Source: Diplonema japonicum
Lineage: Eukaryota > Protista > Euglenozoa: Diplonemea
NCBI GenBank assembly: GCA_964019335.1
Contig: OZ025684.1
Coordinates: 62,001-126,000, forward strand
Direction of reading: 5' to 3'
Length of the DNA: 64,000 bases
In this document: positions 56,044 to 64,000 of the stretch, piece by piece
Layout of the letters: each line of letters begins with the position of its first letter
Position numbering within the stretch: the stretch's first letter is position 1
Made by a program: the position numbers and the translations under genes
Notes under the pieces: model-generated
Database searches by the model: none
What the model was told of the DNA's origin: nothing
The model's input: only the letters and a program-made list of their open reading frames with translations

Positions 56044-57109
56044 GAGCTCGTCCGGAAAAAATGTCAACAAATGACCCTCCTATGCGGCGGAAAACCCCCG
56101 TTAAATTTCTAAGTAAAAGAGTAGTCCGACACCACTTTGTGTGCAGAAATGCAGTCTAAGCTTGAACACCATATAGGTCAAAATGCTCGCCGTTTGTTTT
56201 ATTTTTAAAACGCACGTGCAAAAACATGTTTTTTAGAATGGCTTTTGGCAAACGAAGTTACAAATAACCCAGACTCATTTTTTATTTTCGTTTTTCCGTG
56301 AAAAGCGACAGGAGGAATGGACGCAGATTGAAAACCTGTGAAATCTTTGGGGTCATTTTGGGTGGGCTGGACTCTAAATCACTATTAAATGGGGTGGGGA
56401 GAACTTACCCTTAAAGTGCCATTTTGGCCTATCTAAGGCTAAAATCCCTTTAAAACCCCTTAAAAAAGCAAAATTTTCACTTTTAAAGCATTATGAGTGC
56501 AAAAGAAAAGGAAAAACCTCAGCAGATGGGTAGAATGAAAGTTTGACCAAAGATACCAATGTCGAAGCTCTGCATGAGCAGGCAAGTGTTAAGATTTGGT
56601 TTTTCTGAAAAAGGTCAAAATCCCCTTGAAAAAGCCAAAAAATAGGGTGTAAAAAACCGGGTTTTCAGGGGCTATGCGGCGCCATATATTTTTCGCTAAG
56701 TACTTTTAACAGTAACCCGACCCTGGGTTGTCACAAGTGCGCTTGAACACCAATTTTAGGCACCCTAGATGCTGCATTTTAAGCAATAAAATTGCATTTT
56801 AAACATTTTTCGCCGTTTTTCTGACCTCTATTTTTTCGCTTCCCGCCGGTTGCAAAGCCTGCCACCCTCATGGCAAAACAAGCATCGCACTTGAAAGAAC
56901 GGCGTCATGTACACCATGTATGTCATCTTCCTATGGTTGCATGCTGCCCTTTTTTTGCTCAAATAATCAAAATAAGAAATTTTCGGGGTGCCCAAAAGTG
57001 TTGACATTTTCGTCCGGATTAAAATGCCAGCACTTTTTTGGCACTTCGAAACATATATTCTTTGTCCATCCTCTTTGTCATTTGTTTACATTTTTCCCGG
57101 GACGAGCTC
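56044..57109. mobile_element. 1.07-kb non-autonomous TIR element (GAG termini, AGAT/ATAT flanks)
   Basis: GAGCTCGTCCGGAAAAAATGTCAACAAATGAC vs GTCATTTGTTTACATTTTTCCCGGGACGAGCTC. Confidence 0.8.
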
Positions 57110-57942
57110 ATATATAAGAAAAAAGAAAAAAAAAGAAAAAAAAAACTACTTACTTACCGACCGCCAAATGCGCCATACTCTCGTTGCTGAGGGGGGGGGG
57201 GGGGGGGGGGGACATTATTTGTTTGGTAAATAAATAGCTATTTCTTTTTCTTTTCTCTTTTTCTCTTTTTTTTCTTTTTTTTTTCGTCAGGGAAAAGTTC
57301 TTTTTTTTTTCTTTGGGAAAGGGTGGAAAAAAATGGCTATTCTTGTAACATGCTGTGAACAAATATTAACTGTTAAAAAAAAAAATCAGACTTTTAAAAA
57401 AGCCATTTAGTCCCGGAAAAATAGAAAAAGGGGTCCAAGAAATAAGTGAGTCACCATATTTTTCCTGGCCGGTTTCTTTCATTTTTTTGCGGAGGGGGCG
57501 GAAGGGAATATAAAAAAAAAAAAAAAAAAAAAAAGTAAGAGCTTTAAAGGAAAAAAAGGTGTCCCTGAAAAAAATATGCCTCCCCCCGTTTTTCGTCGGG
57601 AAATAATGAAGAAATCTAAGCAAAATGATGAAGCTTGGCCCTTCTGTTCTTGATCTCATAGTCGGCTTGTGCAGGGCTTCCATGCCATCTATTTCACAAT
57701 TACAAGTTTTTCCTTCTTCTATTTCTTTCCTTTTGAACTATGGAGGGGGGTAAATAACTTGTTCTGAATAAAAAAGTGGGGGCCCCATATGTTGTTATGG
57801 TTGACCAAACAAAAAAGAAATAAGAAAAAAAAAAAACTAAAGAAATCAAGAATAATAAAAAAAAAAAAAAAAAAGAAGAAGAAAAAATCATTTCTTTTGT
57901 GATATCTTTTCTTCCAGTAGAGGTGTAGCAGGGGGGGGGAGG

Positions 57943-57990
<48 letters not shown>

Positions 57991-58776
57991 GCCCAACCAA
58001 GAGTAAGGAGAAACAATCCGAGTTACTCAGGGGCAATAAATCCACGACAATGACTGCTTTTACTAGCTTGCAGGTCTTGACCTTCAGACCAGAAATCGGG
58101 GTTTGGCCTATTTGATAGCCAAAAAAGATGTCTTTGAGGGAACCTGCAGTATGTGACAGGATCGCCTAAAAAGCCTGATAAATAAGAGCCGCGTCGCAAA
58201 ATTAATCTTCGTGGGTATGAAAAAAAAAGGGGGGGCGGGAGGGAGGGGTATTTTGTTTCCAGGCAGAGCGCAAACAGAAAAATCGTTTCTTTAGGCGTGG
58301 TTTTGATATTCATGTCGTGAATCCCAATATCCTTGGGGTTCGGCCCAGCCCCCCTTTCTTTTTTTTTTTTTTTTGCTTCTGGCAAAAGACTTCAATCATG
58401 TTTGCACCGAGTGCCTAGAGGAGGGGATGGGTGGGTGTGAACCTTTCATTCTTTTAAAAAAAAGAAGATCTAATTCACTAGGGACAGATTAGAAAAAAAA
58501 AAAAAAAAGAAGAAGAAGAAAAAAAAAAGCACGAAAGAAAAAGAAAATCCATCAATATCAACACCACCCCTGTTGATGACAGGGGAGTCGTCCAACCGTG
58601 TAACGAAAAGCGAAAAAAAAAAGGGCCACAATAACTCACCACCCCGTGATTTTTTCTTTCCAAGTCGGACTCGAGAGATTTATTGAAATTTAAACTTACT
58701 TAAGTTAAGGTGCCTAGAAAGAAAAAAAAAAAAGAAAAAAAAAAACCCAAAAAAAAAAGAATCTTTTTTTTCATTC

Positions 58777-61348
58777 TTAATTCAACAGCTCCTCATAGCT
58801 TCCCAAAGGGTCCGCAAGATCAGGGTTTGCTACTGCCTTTTCCAACAGTTTTCGATATTCGTCGGCAATATGGTCCGCGTACGTGTAGTCTTTCAGAACC
58901 TCCTGCGCAATCTCGAAATCTTTTGAAATGAAATACATGTAACTAGTATTGTACAACCGGTGAGGATTGTTGGCTGTCCCTTCCTGCAGCTGATACATCC
59001 ACTCAGCAGGGGTGTAACTTTTTGGGTGAAGCGCCTGCGAAGTAAGCAGCACACGAGGGGAATGTTTTTTGAACGAAATATGCTTTAGTATCCGTGTGTG
59101 TGCAATCAGAGAAACCTCTTCATTCACAGCATTATCTATGACAAGAGGAGCCAGTAGTTTACGCGACAGCCACTCCAAAACGTACACGTAAGATGCAAGA
59201 GAACCGAAGAAAGAGAATCGCTTCATCCCCTCACAACCCATGTTCCCGCACTTTAAATCACCGGAACAAATTCCCGAGGAAATCCCTCTAAATCCCACCG
59301 ATTTGTTGAGCTCCAAGTGAATCCCATGCAAGCACTGATACGCAGCAACCCTATGAGAAGGGCATTGCGAAACTGCATTCCATGACACGAAAACCCTATC
59401 ACCGCTGAAACTGTCCGTTGTCCCCCGTGTATTCTTCACCTCTGTGAGGATCACAGATAAGTACTTCGTAACCTTACTCAACAACGAGGCAGAGTCAGGA
59501 AGCGCTTCCAAAAACCTTAAAGAATTGATCGCTGATATAGTAATCTTCTTGGTCTTCGCCGTTTCAGGTATATAAGGCTGTCGTGACAGCACCGATCCTG
59601 TTGTAGTGCTGTGGCCGTTCTGAGCTGGGGGTGTCATGGGCACAGAACTCGACGGTGACGACATTGTGTCTGATTCGAAATCAGAAGGATCGGATTTCAA
59701 GACAGAAGCGGGCATGAAGTCACGGTACTCACGCAAACGCTTTGCCATACAGAAGAAAGATTCTTGCATGTCCCGCACTTCATTGAGACTGCTATACGCG
59801 TATGAGCTTTTTCCTTCAATTGATGTGAATCGCATGACTGCCACCATTGACATATCGTCCTTGAGGATCAACAACGGCTTGACGAAAATGGATGCAAGTA
59901 CCATCGATGCGATGAGTAGAACTATTAGGACTCCCGTTACTACTCCGTATGTGGTGCCTCTTGCCGTTAGAAGGTTTGCTTCCACAGCTGACTTCGACTT
60001 TTCAATGAATATTTTCGCATTGTCGAACTCCTCATCCATCGCCCCGAATAAGTAGTCCTGATCGATGGCTATGTGAACATGCCAGTTGATCTTGAACCCA
60101 TCGTCTAATATACCAACCCTGTTTTTGGGGGGTTTTTTTTTCTCTTTTTTTTTTTTCTTTTGTTTACTACCTGTAGAAGAACGTCCCGTTAACTGTGTCC
60201 ACCTGGTGGGAATGATTGACCGCTGACAAATCGTCATAGCTGTCTTCCAAATTAAGTGTTATCTCACGTATAATATCGTCGTTGCTCTCGTTGGGGAAAA
60301 CAGACTTCACCGTGCCAAGGGTCTCGTTAATAACCCTGAGTATTATTATTATTTCTTTTTTTTTTTTTTTTTCATACGATCCGTGTGAGGACCCGACGAG
60401 CTGTCCGGTGGCCTCTTCCAACCAGTTGCTGCGCAGCGTGGCATAAATACGAGCCCTGCCATCCCCGATTCTTATTGTTGTGAAGAACTCGCTCACACGA
60501 CGCAGATCGATGCCGGAGAATGCGACCCCCGTCCTCTCATCACCATGATGGATGGGCGTAAGCGCATTAATAGATATATACCTGTCGCCGACAATGATAG
60601 GCGGCAACCACCAAGTCTCTCCTTTGTTGATCAAATTGCCAATCTTGTAAAAACTGGTCTGCGTGGGATCAGCATATTCCCCTATACGCCCGCAAGGGTC
60701 ATTGGGTATAGCACCATTTGTGTTGACATCGTGATCAACGCACTTCGATCGATTCCATTCGATCCCTTTCAGCCCCGGGCCTACATTCCTAGGGCGTCCG
60801 GTTATGTCTGCAGACGCGAAGAAGCTCTTGTTAAACCCGCCATGAACCGACGTGTTGCCATAGTTGGTAAACACACTGAAGCTGTGGTACTCATTGTCAT
60901 CCCTCTCCAAGGTAGCACCCTCTTCTACAAAGGTGATGGACAGAAGTGATGACATGAAAACTCCCATTCCCGTGTTCCCGCTTTTTCTCATCATATAGAG
61001 CTGCCAGTATATTTGTGATGGCTTCCACCAGTCCCACTCTATTACCGTGGAAAAGTTGTGCGCCATGATTTCTCCTGCGAGGGACTGTGCAACCATTCTA
61101 TGAGGCTCGAAGAACTTCAAGAGGTATCTTATGGATTCGTCCAAGAGGTTGTCGAGTATTTCCTCTGTGCGGTTTTGCACCGCCTCTCGGCCAACACGCA
61201 AGGTTTTGTTCACTTGTTCGTCCCCGGCGTCTTGGGTGTCCTTCAGGGCTTCGTCTCCGCTTGTGGCAACCAGGACTGTGCACAGCACGCCAGTCACGAC
61301 TACGCACACCACCACCATCGCTGTCACCACAACTTGAATGCCTACCAT
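58777..61348 (-). CDS. Receptor-type adenylate cyclase-like protein (TM, Cache-like ectodomain, TM, degenerate cyclase), ~825 aa; introns 60377-60336 and 60170-60119
   Basis: Removing the 52-bp GT-AG intron joins the two ORFs; the 42-bp one removes a poly-K insert. LREYRDFMP linker; the cyclase-like domain has FSGDRVFVSWN but lacks the FTDI motif. Confidence 0.85.
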
Positions 61349-62353
61349 ATTTCGGGGCTTGCCCCCCAGGACCCACTCCGGTCCTCCAGTTCACTGTGAA
61401 CGTGAATGAAACAGGAATGGGAAAATAGAAAAGGTGAACGGAAGAAAGAAGAAGAAAAGAAAAAAAAAAGAAAAAAAAGAACCGGTGTAAAGCGGGGGGT
61501 TTTCTTTTCTTTTTTTTTTCTTTCCTTATTTTCTTTTTTTATTGCTTTTTTTTCTTTTTTTCTTCTTTCTTTCCTTTCTTTTTCCATAGACCGAAGTCAT
61601 TAGTCATAGGCCGATTGCCAAAAAAGAATCGTCCCAAAATTGGCCTCATTTGGAGAGGAAAGTTCTATGTGCTAGAGAAGGCACTTCTCACCGTCAGACT
61701 TCAAAAAGACATCATGAATGGTCGTTGTTCGCGTAAGTGCGAACAACACCCACTGACCTTTAGGTTCTAGCGTCTGTCAGAGAGCAATATTTGCTTATCG
61801 AGAACAGGTGTGTTGATGTGGCACAGACTGCACTGGACGGCGGCCACACAGCAACCTCACAACTGAGACACGGGTTCAGTGACCCTTCGTCGGGGTTGCA
61901 TGCTTTTTGTTGAGAGAGCTTCAACACCGTGTCCTCCTGCCGTCTGTCCTTTCTTGCGCAACTGGTCTCCCCGAGGCGGCCGAGCTCAACGAAGAAACTC
62001 GCGAAAAAGAAAACAACAGATCTTCCCTACAGAATACTGGATTTGAGACCGAAAAATCCCACCCAAGCCCAAGCCCAATCGGCCAATAATCGGCCTAGGC
62101 CGCATGACTCTATGACTTCGGTCTATGTTTTCTTTTTTCCTCTTTATTTTTCTCTTTTTTACATACTTTTTTCCTTTCTTTATCTTTTGTCAAAAAAAGG
62201 AAAAAAGAGTCGGCTGATTGTTTGTGCAAAGCCGTTTTCACCTACAGTAGGGGTAAACGGGCAAGCTGCCTCTACTCTTTTTGCAATAACAATTCTTTTC
62301 AAAAATTTGTTTACTTGTTCCAGCAAAAAAAAAAAAAAAAAAAAAAAGAACCT

Positions 62354-64000
62354 TCACAGAGTGTAGAAACACTCCAGGCCCATGCTGTCTGATTCCGCAT
62401 CGCAATTCTCGTCCTCGAACTGCACCATGTTGACGGGTTCGGGGTGATTGTGGTCCGTGAAGGGGAGAAGGCGAATCCCGCTGTAGCAGTGGGCTGAATC
62501 GCTGGCGAATGAAACAGGCACGAGGCAGAATAACATGCGTTGTGAGGCTAGGATGCAGAGGAGCGGGCTTGTTGTCGCGCATGCCCCCACAACAGTGATG
62601 AAGCGCTGCCTGCCTCCACCCACAGAGCCGTGTCTTGCGGCCCCGCTAGCCAAACCTATGTGGAAAACACAAACCTCTTTCATTTGGTGTAGCAAACTAA
62701 CGAACGCTAGTGAGTTTTCAGCGTGTGTTTTGCACGCACGGTGGGCATTCCACCCAACAGCCATCCTGCACCCCTGCAACGAGATGACGACCCCGTATGA
62801 CCTCTCCGTGCATATCACGATCTTCCCCAGTGCGTCGTTCATCATCCTGGTCAGCTCAACGGCATCCAATAAACCAAACTCCACCATCCCTACAGTAGCG
62901 GACTCCGAGTGTTGTAGAGTCCCGTGATTTGGGTTCACACTTATGGCACTGTCTCTGCTGCTGTTGTCGGTTGTTTGTAGTGTCTCTTGCCCGCCCCCTG
63001 AAGCGTTTGGGTCTTCACATTTCAAACCAATCCTCCTTTCTTTCCTCTTCAAGACCATTTGCGACTCGACAAATTCCCGGCGTCCTTTCAAGCCGTCAGG
63101 CAGCAACAGGTAGGCTTGCACGGTTTCTGTAATACCTTTCAGTTTTATGGATCCAAGAGGTAAGGTAACTAACGATGTAATCCTGTTGTTTATTTCATCT
63201 AACACGTCGGACGTCACCGCCACTGCACCCCCAACGCATGCGCCCTCCATCCGAGCCGCCTTGTTCACGGTGCTCCCGAAGTAGTCGTATCTACCTGTTA
63301 GGTTGGTCACTTGAACTTCAACGGTTCCGCAGTGCACGCCGATGCGCACGCGCAGACCTTTCCAAGGGCCGGGTTGGAATGCGCAATGATCCAGGTCGAG
63401 TAATTCCGGCGGCCATTTAGCGTTCACAAGACCCTCCTGTACATCTAGGGCAAAGCTCACTGCGTTGATAGCTGACTCGAAGGCCACCATGAAGGCGTCA
63501 CCGATGGTCTTCACCTCGTACCCGCTGTGCTTTTCAATACACTCTCGCATCACGATGTTGTGGACATTCAGGCCCTCCTTCATTCCCTCGGGGCACGCCT
63601 CCCATGTTGCTGTTGAACCTTGGATGTCGGTGAACACCAACGTGGATTTCTTCGAATCCCGCCCTGGTGGGGGTATGTCTCTGGCCTTACCATTATCTAC
63701 CGGAGCGCTGTGTAAACCGCTGAAGAGGGCGTCAGGGAGGAACGGGCGGTAGGCTTCCAGGTTGCTAAGGATGTCTTTATACGCTGTTTCGAGGCGTTCC
63801 GGAAGAACGCAGTCGTTGATGATGGCCTCTGCTTTTTTCAGATCGAACATCGAGAGGGCTTCGGCCACCTTCTCGGAGCCGATGATGACCTCGTTCATCT
63901 TCTCATGCTCGCGACGCATTCCGTGCGCGAACTTCCGAGTGAAATAAAAATCGAGAAGGAAAACGGCGCACTGCGAGATAAGCTCGAGCAACACAAGTGA
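62354..64000 (-). CDS. Class III adenylate cyclase (one intact + one degenerate cyclase domain), 5' part outside window
   Basis: FTDIQGST, EVKTIGDAFMV, RVRIGVHCG and YDYFGSTVNKAARME motifs. Confidence 0.95.
   Translation of the reverse strand, partial: SLVLLELISQCAVFLLDFYFTRKFAHGMRREHEKMNEVIIGSEKVAEALSMFDLKKAEAIINDCVLPERLETAYKDILSNLEAYRPFLPDALFSGLHSAPVDNGKARDIPPPGRDSKKSTLVFTDIQGSTATWEACPEGMKEGLNVHNIVMRECIEKHSGYEVKTIGDAFMVAFESAINAVSFALDVQEGLVNAKWPPELLDLDHCAFQPGPWKGLRVRIGVHCGTVEVQVTNLTGRYDYFGSTVNKAARMEGACVGGAVAVTSDVLDEINNRITSLVTLPLGSIKLKGITETVQAYLLLPDGLKGRREFVESQMVLKRKERRIGLKCEDPNASGGGQETLQTTDNSSRDSAISVNPNHGTLQHSESATVGMVEFGLLDAVELTRMMNDALGKIVICTERSYGVVISLQGCRMAVGWNAHRACKTHAENSLAFVSLLHQMKEVCVFHIGLASGAARHGSVGGGRQRFITVVGACATTSPLLCILASQRMLFCLVPVSFASDSAHCYSGIRLLPFTDHNHPEPVNMVQFEDENCDAESDSMGLECFYTL

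Noticed and set aside
61724-61907. Possible ncRNA (9-bp hairpin GTTGTTCGC/GCGAACAAC, downstream T run)
   Set aside because: No recognisable tRNA, snRNA or ribozyme motif and no second copy in the window.

Overview
Eukaryotic (protist) nuclear DNA, most likely a diplonemid/euglenozoan. This is an inference from the single-strand gene cluster, receptor-type adenylate cyclases, short GT-AG introns and long poly-A/T intergenic tracts. About 15 protein genes and one pseudogene all lie on the minus strand: surface proteins, ubiquitin-like/ankyrin proteins, an AGC kinase, a cNMP-gated channel, a RanBP2-ZnF/DEAH-helicase/RBR fusion and adenylate cyclases. The intergenic DNA is dense with mobile elements. 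The most notable signal is a coherent retroelement system. (i) A ~300-bp SINE-like element occurs in three copies; its 5' end folds into a canonical HDV-like self-cleaving ribozyme, and its 3' end (TCCTTTAACTC+ATAT) is shared with a LINE family. (ii) A LINE carries a 2A-like (GIQPNPGP) motif immediately before the AP-endonuclease of ORF2. (iii) An internally deleted LINE has ORF1 fused in frame to the ORF2 C-terminus. There are also several TIR DNA-transposon derivatives (piggyBac pseudogene, two ATAT-flanked elements, MITEs). All assignments are by eye; no database search or folding program was run.
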